Notes under the pieces: model-generated | Database searches by the model: none | The model's input: the letters and a program-made list of their open reading frames with translations, nothing else | Told to the model about the DNA's origin: nothing | Made by a program: the position numbers and the translations under genes | Shown: piece after piece, positions 8,827-18,140 of the stretch | Numbering within the stretch: position 1 is the stretch's first letter | How the letters are laid out: each line of letters opens with the position of its first letter | Assembly: GCA_046758965.1 (NCBI GenBank) | Contig: JBHIBG010000001.1 | Location: forward strand, 64,001 to 128,000 | Source: Candidatus Methylomirabilia bacterium | GTDB taxonomy: Bacteria > Methylomirabilota > Methylomirabilia > Rokubacteriales > CSP1-6 | DNA length: 64,000 nt | Direction: 5' to 3'

Positions 8827-9618
8827 TCACACCGACTTGCCGGGCCCGGACTCTGAGTGGTAGTGGGCTTCCCGCCTCTCGTCCCAGGCGCGGTTAGCCG
8901 TGGCCAGCTCCCATGAGGCCAGGCACTCGTTTTGGGCCTGGATGATCTCCTCGATCACCGCTCTCGGATCGACGTGCAGCGACCGGAAGAGGAGCCGCTT
9001 GGTATGCCGCGTGGCGGTGGGGGCCGCCTGCATGGCTTTGTCGGCGATTCCGGCCAGAGCCCCTTCGAGCTCCTCGGGTGGGACGACCCAGTTGAGCAGC
9101 CCGATGGCCTTGGCCTCTTCAGACGAAATATTGTCGTTCAGCAAGGCCAGCTCCTTGGCGCGTCCGATCCCCACCACCTGGGCGAGCCGGAGCACAGCCC
9201 CGTCGGGGATCAGCCCATGCCGGGTGGCGCCCAGGCCCACCGCGCAGTCGTTTGTCGCAAGCCTCACATCGCAGGCCAAGGCAAGCTGGAGCCCTCCGCC
9301 GAGGCAGTAGCCGTGGAGCACCGCGACAGTCACCTCCCCCATGTCCTCCAGGCAGTTGAGCGCTCGGATCCAGTGCCGGAAGAACGGCTCGCCGATCTCG
9401 CCGCCGGAGAGGGCGGTCCGGTCAATCCCCGAGGAGAACGACGACCCGACGCCTCGGACCACCACGACGTGGACATCGGGATCCTTGGCGGCGGCCTCTG
9501 CAGCATCAGCCAGCTTCGCGGCCAGACTGGTATTGAGCGCGTTGAGACGCTTCGGGCGGTTCAGGGTGATGCAGGCCACCCCATCCCGGACCTCGTAGAG
9601 AACGCTTGGCGCGCTCAT
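8827..9618 (-). CDS. Crotonase-superfamily protein (enoyl-CoA hydratase/isomerase fold)
   Basis: ITLNRPKRLNAL, FSSGID, GGGLQLALACD, GLIPDG. Confidence 0.88.
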   Translation of the reverse strand: MSAPSVLYEVRDGVACITLNRPKRLNALNTSLAAKLADAAEAAAKDPDVHVVVVRGVGSSFSSGIDRTALSGGEIGEPFFRHWIRALNCLEDMGEVTVAVLHGYCLGGGLQLALACDVRLATNDCAVGLGATRHGLIPDGAVLRLAQVVGIGRAKELALLNDNISSEEAKAIGLLNWVVPPEELEGALAGIADKAMQAAPTATRHTKRLLFRSLHVDPRAVIEEIIQAQNECLASWELATANRAWDERREAHYHSESGPGKSV

Positions 9619-9714
9619 GTCTCGATGGATTTGCCTCGCCGGCATCATTATACCGGCATCGCGCTCGGACGCGAGGACGATGCCGATCCTGGTGGCTTCT
9701 GTGGCGGTGGGGTA

Positions 9715-11055
9715 CTAGCCGCCTTGCCGCGGGAGGGTCATCTTCACAGGTTCGGTCGGCGTGCCGGCCCTCCGGACCAGTCGTTTGGCCTTGAGCTCGT
9801 ACCGGGGCAGGCTCTTGGCTGGGACAGGAACCACCTCGATCCGGATTCCGAGCTGGCTGCGGAGACGTCCCTGAATCTCCCGGGCTGTCTGACCGGGGGT
9901 GTCGTTCAACTCGACGAGGAGCCGCACCTCGTCGAGTTCGGCCTGTTTGGACACCTCGATCAGGAACTCCTCAACCACCGGGAACTGGCGCACGATGCTC
10001 TCGATGGCCGAGGGGAAGACGTTCACGCCCCTCACGATCAGCATGTCGTCGATCCGCCCTAGGATCCCACCCTCGAGCCGGAGGGAGCTCCGACCGCAGG
10101 CACAGGGGGAGGTGGCGAGCCGAACCCGGTCGCCGGAGCGGTAGCGAAACACCGGGGAGCCGGTCCGCCCGAGGTTGGTCAGCACCAGCTCGCCTTCGGG
10201 AGCGGGGGCCTTTGTGAGAGGATCAATCACCTCCGCGATGAACTCCGTCTCGCTCACGTGCAGGCCAGCCTGAGCAACGCACTCGAAGCCGTACGCGCCT
10301 ACCTCGGTCATCCCGGCATGGTCAAAGGCCTTGGCGCGCCACCCCTGCTCGATCTGGCCGCGCACGGCCGGGATCCCCGCCCCTGCCTCCCCGGCGTGGA
10401 CCGTGATCCGGATCGGAAGCCGGGCCAGGTCGAGCCCGCGCTCGCGCCCCACGCTCAAGAGGTGAAGGGCGTACGATGGCGTGCAGACGAGGACCGTGGC
10501 CCCGAGCGCCTCCATCGAGTTCAGGCGGGTGAGGGAGTCCTGACCGCCTCCGGGGATGACGAGGGCCCCCAGCTCCCGTGCGCCTTCGAAGCCCGCCCAA
10601 AAGCCGACGAAAAGGCCGAACGAGAACGGGAAGAAGACGCGGTCCTCCGGGCCCACTCCAGCGCCTCGGAGCACGAACTGCCAGCACCGCATCCACCAAC
10701 CCCACGAGGCCCGGGTGTCTAGCCAGCGGATTGGCTGGCCGGTGGTGCCCGAGGTCTGATGGACCCGGACGTAGCGCTCCAGGGGGTAGGTGAGATTGGT
10801 TCCGAACGGAGGGTGCGCGGCCTGGTCGGCCACCAGCTCAGCCTTGGTCGTGAAGGGCAAGCGGAGGAACTCCTGCCAGCCGGGCAGGTCCGCCGCCGAG
10901 GAGAGCCCCGCGGCCTTCCATTTGTTTGCCAGGAACGAGTTGGCCGGGAAGACCTCCCGCGCAAGGGTGGTGAGACGTTCCCACTGGAGCGCCAGGAGGC
11001 GCTCGCGGGGAAGGGTCTCCAGCCCCCGATCGAAGAATGGAACCTCAGCGCTCAT
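9715..11055 (-). CDS. Phenylacetate-CoA ligase-like acyl-CoA synthetase (divergent)
   Basis: QTSGTTGQP P-loop, HAGMTE, RYRSGD, GRIDDMLIVRGVNVFPS. Confidence 0.88.
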   Translation of the reverse strand: MSAEVPFFDRGLETLPRERLLALQWERLTTLAREVFPANSFLANKWKAAGLSSAADLPGWQEFLRLPFTTKAELVADQAAHPPFGTNLTYPLERYVRVHQTSGTTGQPIRWLDTRASWGWWMRCWQFVLRGAGVGPEDRVFFPFSFGLFVGFWAGFEGARELGALVIPGGGQDSLTRLNSMEALGATVLVCTPSYALHLLSVGRERGLDLARLPIRITVHAGEAGAGIPAVRGQIEQGWRAKAFDHAGMTEVGAYGFECVAQAGLHVSETEFIAEVIDPLTKAPAPEGELVLTNLGRTGSPVFRYRSGDRVRLATSPCACGRSSLRLEGGILGRIDDMLIVRGVNVFPSAIESIVRQFPVVEEFLIEVSKQAELDEVRLLVELNDTPGQTAREIQGRLRSQLGIRIEVVPVPAKSLPRYELKAKRLVRRAGTPTEPVKMTLPRQGG

Positions 11056-11101
11056 GCTCGGGTGAAGATGAGTGCCGCCAACGGAGCCAGGAGCCCAGGA
11101 C

Positions 11102-11647
11102 CTATCCCAGAATGACCCACAGCGCCTTGGCCCGGCGCGGGCCGAGGTTTTCCCAGGTGTGGGGGAGACCGCCGTCTACGACGGCGCTGTCGCCTGCCCG
11201 GAGCAGATGCCGGCTCCCGTTGTAGTGGAGGGCCACTCGCCCCTCGATCACGTAGAACAGCTTCATCTGACCGGGCGCGATGATGACCTTGTCCGTTTTG
11301 ACGCCCTGCGCCTTGCGCGCGATGGTGGACACCACCGCGCGGATCTTTCCCTGAAAAAGTCCTGTCCCCAGGAGCTGCCATGTCTCACTGCTGCCGTCGA
11401 ACGAGACCTGTGGATAGTCAGCCTTCCGGCTCACGTGGATCTGTCCGTCACGCTTCGTCTCGAAGAGCGAGGCGATCGGGACGCCCAGGCTTGCGGCCAG
11501 CTTGCCCAGGGTGTGAAGCGACGGTGTGAGGCGTCCCGACTCGATCTGCGAGACCATGCTCGGGGTGAGACCAGACTTCTCGGCCAGCTGCCGCTGCTGG
11601 AGCCCCCGCTCCTGCCTGAGCACTCTGATCCGTTCACCGACCCTCAC
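11102..11647 (-). CDS. XRE-family HTH + cupin transcriptional regulator
   Basis: RIRVLRQERGLQQRQLAEKSGLTPSMVSQIESGRLTPSL HTH; C-terminal cupin (FYVIEG...PHTWEN). Confidence 0.9.
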   Translation of the reverse strand: MRVGERIRVLRQERGLQQRQLAEKSGLTPSMVSQIESGRLTPSLHTLGKLAASLGVPIASLFETKRDGQIHVSRKADYPQVSFDGSSETWQLLGTGLFQGKIRAVVSTIARKAQGVKTDKVIIAPGQMKLFYVIEGRVALHYNGSRHLLRAGDSAVVDGGLPHTWENLGPRRAKALWVILG

Positions 11648-12678
11648 GAGGGCATTCCTCCCGCCTCCGTCTCTTCCACGCTTCGCGGCGAATCCGGCAG
11701 CCCGGCCAGGCGACGGAGCGCCCGTCTGACAAAGATCCGCGTCATCTTCTTCCGGTACGGATGCGTGAAGTCGGTGTTGTCCAGCGGCTTGGAAGGCCTG
11801 GCCGCCGCCTCCGCCGCCATCTCGATCAGCTCGGGCGTGAGGCGCTGGTTGGCCAGCAACGCCTGGGCGGCCGCCACCTCGCGGGGCTGGGCAGCCACCG
11901 CGCCCAGGACGATCTTGCCCGCTTCAACCCTCCCGTTGTCCATCCGGAGCGACACCGCCACGCCGAGCACCGGGAAGTCAAAGGAACCACGGCGACACAG
12001 CTTGAGGTAGGCCGAGCGGATCCCGTCAACCGGAGGCAGGAGAATCTCGGCCAGGATCTCGTCCGGCGCTTTGGTGAGGTAGGTGATGCCGTCATCCCGA
12101 TAGAGAGCCTGGATCGGGATGACCCGCTCGCCCTTTGGCCCCACCAACCGCACCCGAGCCCCGAGGCTCCAGAGGACCGGGGCGGTATCTGAGGACGAAA
12201 CCGCCCAGCAGCGGGAGCTTCCCGGGGCCACCAGGCAGATCTCACCGTCCTTCTTCATGCAGAAGCCGATCGCTTTCCGCCACTGGTAGGACTGGTTGTA
12301 GTAGTTGCAGCGTGTGTCCACGCAGATATTGCCGCCGAGCGTCGCCACGTTGCGGATCTGCGGGTTCGAGACCAGGCCTGCCGCGGTCGCGAGGGCCGGA
12401 AAATGCTCCCGGACCGCCGCGTGCTCGGAGAGTTGGGTGAGTGTCACGCCCGCGCCGATGACGAGCCCCGCGCTCGCCTCCCCGCTCAGGCCGCTGAGCT
12501 CACCCACCTTGCGGAGTCCCACCAGGACCCTCGGCTCGAACTGCCGCCGCTTCATGTTGGGGTAGAGATCGGTGCCCCCGGCCACCACCATGGCCCCGGG
12601 TCCGTGGTCGGCCACCATCCCAACCGCTTCCGCGAGGGAGCGCGGCGCGAGATACGTGAAGGGCGGCAGCCGCATCAT
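11644..12678 (-). CDS. FAD/[4Fe-4S] subunit, 4-hydroxybenzoyl-CoA reductase beta (HcrB)-like
   Basis: AGGTDL, IRNVATLGGN, and Cys-rich insertion TRCNYYNQS...FCMKKDGEICLVAPGSSRCWA typical of HcrB. Confidence 0.85.
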   Translation of the reverse strand: MMRLPPFTYLAPRSLAEAVGMVADHGPGAMVVAGGTDLYPNMKRRQFEPRVLVGLRKVGELSGLSGEASAGLVIGAGVTLTQLSEHAAVREHFPALATAAGLVSNPQIRNVATLGGNICVDTRCNYYNQSYQWRKAIGFCMKKDGEICLVAPGSSRCWAVSSSDTAPVLWSLGARVRLVGPKGERVIPIQALYRDDGITYLTKAPDEILAEILLPPVDGIRSAYLKLCRRGSFDFPVLGVAVSLRMDNGRVEAGKIVLGAVAAQPREVAAAQALLANQRLTPELIEMAAEAAARPSKPLDNTDFTHPYRKKMTRIFVRRALRRLAGLPDSPRSVEETEAGGMPS

Positions 12679-12684
12679 GGCGTC

Positions 12685-15102
12685 TTACGCCCCCTCGGGC
12701 CCGCGCCGTCTTACCGACGGATCCGCGGGCTGGCCGAAGGCCGAGGCCACCTTGATCGGCTCCCGGAAGTCGAACAGCGGGAGCCTTTCGGGTCCCACGC
12801 GCGGGGGCTTGCCCTGGCGCCTCAGCCCGAGCGCCTTGAAGATCTTGTCAGGGGTGATGGGAACCTCGTCGATCCTGACGCCGACGGCGTCGGAGACCGC
12901 GTTGGCCACCGCTGGGCTGACCGGGAGCAATGGCCCCTGGCCTGCCTCCTTGGCTCCGAAGGGGCCTTCTGGATCAACGGTCTCCACCAGGATCGTCTGG
13001 ATCTCGGGCGTTTCCAGTGTGGTCGGGCTCTTGTACTCCAGCATGGAGGGGATCTTGTGGAGGCCTTTCCGGAACACCTGCTCCTCCATCAGTGCTTCGC
13101 CGAGCCCCATGTAAACTGACCCCTCCACCTGCCCCTCCGCCATGAGCGGGTTCAAGGCCCGCCCCACGTCATGGGCGATCCAGACCTTGTCCACTTTGAT
13201 CTCACCGGTCTCCGGGTCCACGCTCACCTCCACCGCGCAGGCGGAGTAGGAGTAGCACGGGGTCGGCCCGACGCCCGAGCCCTTGTATTGTGCTGCCCGC
13301 CGGGGCGGCGTGTAGGACCCCGTCGCCGCGAGAGTGCCGAACATGGACTCGGCCAGCACCGCCGCCTCGGCAAAGCTGACCCCCTTCTCCCGATCGTCCT
13401 TCGAACACACACGCCCGCGCCGGCACAGGAGTTCGGCGGGGGTCACCTCGAGCTTCTTGGCGGTTGCGTCAAGCAGCATGGCGCGGAGCCGCTCTGCGGC
13501 CTCGATCACGGCGTTGCCAGCCATGAGGGTCACCCGCGATGAGTACGAGCCCAGGTCCACCGGGGTCAGGTCGGTGTCGGCGGTCACGACCCGGATGTCC
13601 TTGGGTTCGATACCGAGGATCTCGGCCACGAGATAGGCGAGGACCGAATCCGAACCCTGGCCGATGTCGATGGCCCCTGAGAGCACAGCCACGCCGCCTC
13701 CCCGGTCGATCTTGACGATCGCCCCTGAATGGGGCATATCGTTCCAGTAGATGGCGAGCCCTGCTCCGGTGATGTAGCTCGAGCAGGCGAAGCCGATCCC
13801 CCTGCCGTACGGAAGCGCGCGGTGCTTCTGCCGCCACTCCGAGGCCTCGACCGCCCGGTCAATGCACTCCCTGAGCCCGCAACTCGTCACGGTCAGATGG
13901 TTGGCGGTCTTGGTGTACTCCTCCACCGCGATCCGCCGGCGCATCTCCGCCGGGTCGAAGCCGAGCTGTTCGGCGATCTTGTCCAGGTGGCACTCGATCG
14001 CGAAGCGGGGCTGCGGCGTGCCGTGGCCGCGCTTGGGGCCGCCGGGCGGCTTGTTGGTGAACGCCCGCATCCCCTCGAACTTGTAGACGGGCACCTTGTA
14101 GGTGACGGTCTGGAGCGCCCCGGTGTACAGGAGGGAAGCCACCCCGTAGGAGCCGTACGCGCCGCCGTCCAGGTACGAGCGGAAGTGCATCCCCAGGATG
14201 TCGCCGTCCTTGGTGACGCCGCTCTTCACCCACATCAGGACCGGGTGGCGGCCGCGGTGGCAGTAAAACACCTCCTCCCGCGTCAGCGCGACCTTCACCG
14301 GCCGGCCAGTGAGCTGGGCGAGCTTACACACGACGATCTCATGGCTGAAGGGATCCGTCTTGCCGCCGAACCCGCCGCCCACCGGGGTCGCGATGACGCG
14401 AATGTGGGCCGGAGGCATCTCGAGCACCTTGGCCAGGACGCGGTGGACGTAGTGCGGGGTCTGGGTGGAGGACCAGAGCGTCACCTTCCCCTCGGGGAAC
14501 CACTGGGCCACGGCGGCGTGCTGCTCCATCGGCAGGTGGGTGCTCCCCTCGTAATAGAAGACGTCCTCCCGGATGAGATCGGCCCTGCGGAAAGCCTCCT
14601 CTACGTTGCCGAACTCGAGCGAGACGGCCTTGTGGATATTGGGGCCGTCGCCGTACTCGTGGATGCGGGTCGTGTTCTGGGCCAGCGCCTCTTCGATGGA
14701 CATGATGGCGGGCAGGAGCTGGTATTCCACCTCGATCAGCTCGGTGGCCCGTTCTGCTGTCTCCTCGTCCACCGCCGCCACCGCGGCGACCGGATCGCCG
14801 ACGAAGCGCACTTTCTCCGTGCAGAGCGCTTCCTCGTCCTGGCTCACCGGCAAGATCCCGAACTTGACCGGCGGAAGGTCATGGCCACTGATGACGGCGT
14901 AGACTCCGTGCAGGGCCTTGGCGCGGGAGGGGTCGATCTTCCTGATGAGGGCGTGCGGGTGGGGGCTTCGAAGGATCTTGGCGTAGGCCATCCGCGGGAG
15001 GAACAGGTCGTCGGCAAAGCGCGTGTCACCGGTCACCTTCCCCCACGCGTCCACTTTGGGGAGCGGCTGGCCGATGACCGAAAGGTGTCCCTTCCCGTTC
15101 AT
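12685..15102 (-). CDS. Molybdopterin-binding large subunit, xanthine oxidase family, HcrA-like
   Basis: STQTPH, VGGGFGGK, KRGHG, DLGSYSSR, EGQVEG, GPFGAKEAGQG. Confidence 0.88.
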   Translation of the reverse strand: MNGKGHLSVIGQPLPKVDAWGKVTGDTRFADDLFLPRMAYAKILRSPHPHALIRKIDPSRAKALHGVYAVISGHDLPPVKFGILPVSQDEEALCTEKVRFVGDPVAAVAAVDEETAERATELIEVEYQLLPAIMSIEEALAQNTTRIHEYGDGPNIHKAVSLEFGNVEEAFRRADLIREDVFYYEGSTHLPMEQHAAVAQWFPEGKVTLWSSTQTPHYVHRVLAKVLEMPPAHIRVIATPVGGGFGGKTDPFSHEIVVCKLAQLTGRPVKVALTREEVFYCHRGRHPVLMWVKSGVTKDGDILGMHFRSYLDGGAYGSYGVASLLYTGALQTVTYKVPVYKFEGMRAFTNKPPGGPKRGHGTPQPRFAIECHLDKIAEQLGFDPAEMRRRIAVEEYTKTANHLTVTSCGLRECIDRAVEASEWRQKHRALPYGRGIGFACSSYITGAGLAIYWNDMPHSGAIVKIDRGGGVAVLSGAIDIGQGSDSVLAYLVAEILGIEPKDIRVVTADTDLTPVDLGSYSSRVTLMAGNAVIEAAERLRAMLLDATAKKLEVTPAELLCRRGRVCSKDDREKGVSFAEAAVLAESMFGTLAATGSYTPPRRAAQYKGSGVGPTPCYSYSACAVEVSVDPETGEIKVDKVWIAHDVGRALNPLMAEGQVEGSVYMGLGEALMEEQVFRKGLHKIPSMLEYKSPTTLETPEIQTILVETVDPEGPFGAKEAGQGPLLPVSPAVANAVSDAVGVRIDEVPITPDKIFKALGLRRQGKPPRVGPERLPLFDFREPIKVASAFGQPADPSVRRRGPEGA

Positions 15103-15112
15103 CTCCGCCTCC

Positions 15113-15613
15113 TCACGCGCCGGCGCCCCCGTGCCCTCCGCCTGTCATCCTGAGCGAGGCCAGCTCGACGGCATCCAGGATCTTGGTATAGCCGGTGCAG
15201 CGGCAGAGGTTTCCCGCCAGCGCGGCCTTGATCTCCTCCCGCGTGGGCTTTGGAACGGCTGCGAGCAGGGCGTGGGCGGACAGCAGGATGCCGGGGATAC
15301 AGTAGCCGCACTGGGCGGCCCCGAGCTCGGCAAAGGCCTGCTGGACCGGGTGGAGGCGGCCGCCCTGGGCGAGGCCCTCCACGGTGACGATGGCTCGCCC
15401 CTCGAGCTCGATTGGGAGGGCCAGGCAGGAGAGAACCGGCTGGCCGTCCACCAGGACCGTGCAGGTCCCGCACTCCCCCAGTTCGCAGCCGTGCTTGGTC
15501 CCGATGAGCCCCAGCTCCTCCCGGAGCACCTCCAGGAGGGTCTTGTGAACGGGGGCGGCGACCTCGTGCTTTTCCCCGTTCACCGTGAGGTTCAGCAGCA
15601 GCTTGGCGTTCAT
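15113..15613 (-). CDS. 2x[2Fe-2S] subunit (HcrC/CoxS-like)
   Basis: GTKHGCELGECGTCTV, QCGYCIPG, GNLCRCTGY. Confidence 0.92.
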   Translation of the reverse strand: MNAKLLLNLTVNGEKHEVAAPVHKTLLEVLREELGLIGTKHGCELGECGTCTVLVDGQPVLSCLALPIELEGRAIVTVEGLAQGGRLHPVQQAFAELGAAQCGYCIPGILLSAHALLAAVPKPTREEIKAALAGNLCRCTGYTKILDAVELASLRMTGGGHGGAGA

Positions 15614-15661
15614 TGGGAATGATTTAAGGTTCAGCGTAGATGAATCCCGAATTCCTGTCAA
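15609..15661 (-). promoter_or_regulatory. Sigma-70 promoter with two TTCA-N7-TGAW palindromes (candidate operators)
   Basis: Minus strand TTGACA-N17-TACGCT; plus-strand TTCAgcgtagaTGAA (15630-15644) and TTCAttgggaaTGAT (15609-15623). Confidence 0.6.
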
Positions 15662-15689
15662 GAGGGCGCAGAGGCGGGCTCCGCCCGAC

Positions 15690-16991
15690 TCAAGAGGTCG
15701 TGCTCCGGAGGTCTCGCACGCGCTGGGCTTTGCCGGCGCTACGCTCCAGGGTCTTGGGGGGGAGGATGGTCACCTCGACCGTGAGCCCCAGCACGTCGTG
15801 AAGCCGCCGGCGGAGTCGGCTCCCTAGCTCCTCCACCGCCCCGGACGCCTCCGGGGCCGGCTCCACCTGGACCTCCAGCGCATCCAACGCCCGCTCCCGC
15901 CGCACCACGAGGACGTAGTGCGGCGCCACCCCCGGGGTCTCCACGAGGACGTGCTCCACCTGCGAGGGAAACACGTTCACCCCCCGGATAATGAGCATGT
16001 CGTCGGTCCGCCCCATGATCCTTCCGATCCGGCGGAGCGTTCTCCCGCAGGGGCATGGACCCGGCAGCTCCTGCGAGAGGTCTCGCGTCCGGTAGCGGAG
16101 GAGCGGCAGAGCTTCCTTGCTCAGCGTGGTGAAGACCAGCTCTCCCGGGGTGCCGGGGGGGAGCGGGGCGAGAGTCTCCGGATCGATCACCTCCGGAAGG
16201 AAGTGATCCTCGTGGATGTGCAGCCCCTTCTTCTCCAGGCATTCCCCCCCCACCCCAGGCCCGATGACCTCCGAGAGACCGTAGGCGTTCAGCGCCGTCA
16301 GGCCGAGGCGGGCCTCGATCTGACCCCGCATCGCCTCGGTCCAGGGCTCGGCGCCGAAGAAGCCCACCCGAAGCCGAAGCTCCCCGCGGCTGATCCCCGC
16401 GTCGGCCAGCGCCTCAGCCAGGTGGAGGCTGTAGGAAGGCGTGCAGCAGAGGACCGTGGAGCCGAAATCGCGGATGGCTATGAGCTGGCGGTCGGTGAAC
16501 CCTCCCGAGAGCGGGATGACGGTGGCCCCGATTCGCTCGGCACCGTAGTGGAAGCCGAGACCACCCGTGAAGAGGCCGTAGCCGTACGCGTTCTGGACCA
16601 CGTCCTCGTGGCTCACGCCTCCTGCGATCAGGGTCCGCGCCATGACCTCACTCCAGAGCTCGAGGTCCCCCCTGGTGTAGGCCACCACGATCGGCTTGCC
16701 TGTCGTCCCCGAGGAGGCATGGAGCCTCACCACCTCGTTCAACGGAGCTGCGAGAAGCCCGAAGGGGTAGTGGTCCCTGAGATCAGCCTTCTGGGTGAAG
16801 GGAAGTCGCCTGACGTCCTCGAGGGAGTGGATGCCCTCGGAACGGACCCCGGCCGCGTCCAGCCGCTCACGGTAGAACGGCACCCACTGGTACGCCCGGC
16901 GGACGACCTCGCGGAGCCGGTCGAGTTGAAGCTGCTCAAGCTCCTCCCGGGGAATTCGTTCCACATCGCGGACTCTCGCCATGGCGGTCAT
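15690..16991 (-). CDS. paaK: Phenylacetate-CoA ligase
   Basis: LHASSGTTGKP, YGYGLFTGGLG, YGLSEVIGPG, RYRTRD, GKAQRVRD; GGAGGG RBS. Confidence 0.88.
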   Translation of the reverse strand: MTAMARVRDVERIPREELEQLQLDRLREVVRRAYQWVPFYRERLDAAGVRSEGIHSLEDVRRLPFTQKADLRDHYPFGLLAAPLNEVVRLHASSGTTGKPIVVAYTRGDLELWSEVMARTLIAGGVSHEDVVQNAYGYGLFTGGLGFHYGAERIGATVIPLSGGFTDRQLIAIRDFGSTVLCCTPSYSLHLAEALADAGISRGELRLRVGFFGAEPWTEAMRGQIEARLGLTALNAYGLSEVIGPGVGGECLEKKGLHIHEDHFLPEVIDPETLAPLPPGTPGELVFTTLSKEALPLLRYRTRDLSQELPGPCPCGRTLRRIGRIMGRTDDMLIIRGVNVFPSQVEHVLVETPGVAPHYVLVVRRERALDALEVQVEPAPEASGAVEELGSRLRRRLHDVLGLTVEVTILPPKTLERSAGKAQRVRDLRSTTS

Positions 16992-17213
16992 CCCTCCTGT
17001 ATCTTCATCTTGCACACCGAGAACCGCCGCTGCAGCCCGAGCCTAGCAAATACCTCCGTAACCCCCCGCGTTCGAGGTGTGCGGGCAGCACGGGATGGAA
17101 TCCGGAGAGAACCGGGGAGCTTGCCACGAAGCGCCTCGAGAGAGAAAAACGGGGGCTGGAGCTGGAATGAGGAGATCGCGACTCGGTCTTGCTCGGCTAG
17201 GGCGCGCGCCCGA

Positions 17214-18140
17214 TCATTCAAAGAAATCCGCGGCATCAATCCCCCGCTCCGCGAGGAGACGGCGGATCTTCTTGATCCCGGCGTCCTCGATCTGGCGGAC
17301 CCGCTCTCGCGTGAGGCCGAGGCGGCGCCCGATGGCCCCGAGTCTCATCGGCTCCTGGCCATTGAGTCCAAAGCGGAGGCGGAGCACGATCCGCTCGTTC
17401 TCGTTGAGAGCATCGAGGAGCCTCGCCAGGTCCGCCCGCTCCTTGAGCAGCGTCCTGAGGAGTTTGGAGGAGGTGGCGGGGCGATCTTCTAACAGATCGC
17501 GGAGCATCCCCTTTTGGTCCTCGCCCACGGGCGCTTCTAGGGAGACCGGACGCTGGCGGACCTCTTCAAGCTCGGCGAGCTGCCCAGCGGGAATGTCCAT
17601 GGCCTGCGCCATCTCCTCGAGGCTGGGAGGCCGGCCGAGCCGCTGGGTGAGCGCTTCCCGCTCTCGGTGGTAGCGTGCCAGCAGCGCTCCCACGTGCACC
17701 GGCAGGCGGATCGTCCGGGCCTGATTGGCCAGGGCGCGAGCGATCGCATGGCGGATCCACCACGTGGCGTAGGTCGAAAGGCGGGTTCCCTTGTCCAGGC
17801 GGAACCCTCGCACCGCCCGGAGCAGCCCGAGATTGCCTTCTTCGATCAGGTCAGGGAGCGGAAGCCCGCGGTTCACATAGCGCTTGGCGAGCTTGAACAC
17901 CAGCCGGAGGTTGGCTTCCACCATCCGCCGCTCAGCTTCGGGGTCTCCCGCCTGCGCGCGGAGCGCCAGCTCCCGCTCCTCCTCGGGGGTAAGCAGCGGG
18001 ATCCGGGAGATCTCCTTGACATACGTCCCGAGGATCGACGGAGTCTCACCCTGGGGTTCTTGGAGGACCTCCGCGTCGACTGTCTCGAGAAAGTCCCCCA
18101 CGGGCTCTCTGTCGTGGACCGGCGGCTCGTCAGGATTCAA
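17214..18140 (-). CDS. rpoS: Group-2 sigma-70 factor, RpoS-like
   Basis: ANLRLV, DLIEEGNLGL, STYATWWIR, RTIRLPVH, LTRERVRQIE; no region 1.1; downstream of surE-pcm; TTG start is tentative. Confidence 0.75.
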   Translation of the reverse strand: MNPDEPPVHDREPVGDFLETVDAEVLQEPQGETPSILGTYVKEISRIPLLTPEEERELALRAQAGDPEAERRMVEANLRLVFKLAKRYVNRGLPLPDLIEEGNLGLLRAVRGFRLDKGTRLSTYATWWIRHAIARALANQARTIRLPVHVGALLARYHREREALTQRLGRPPSLEEMAQAMDIPAGQLAELEEVRQRPVSLEAPVGEDQKGMLRDLLEDRPATSSKLLRTLLKERADLARLLDALNENERIVLRLRFGLNGQEPMRLGAIGRRLGLTRERVRQIEDAGIKKIRRLLAERGIDAADFFE

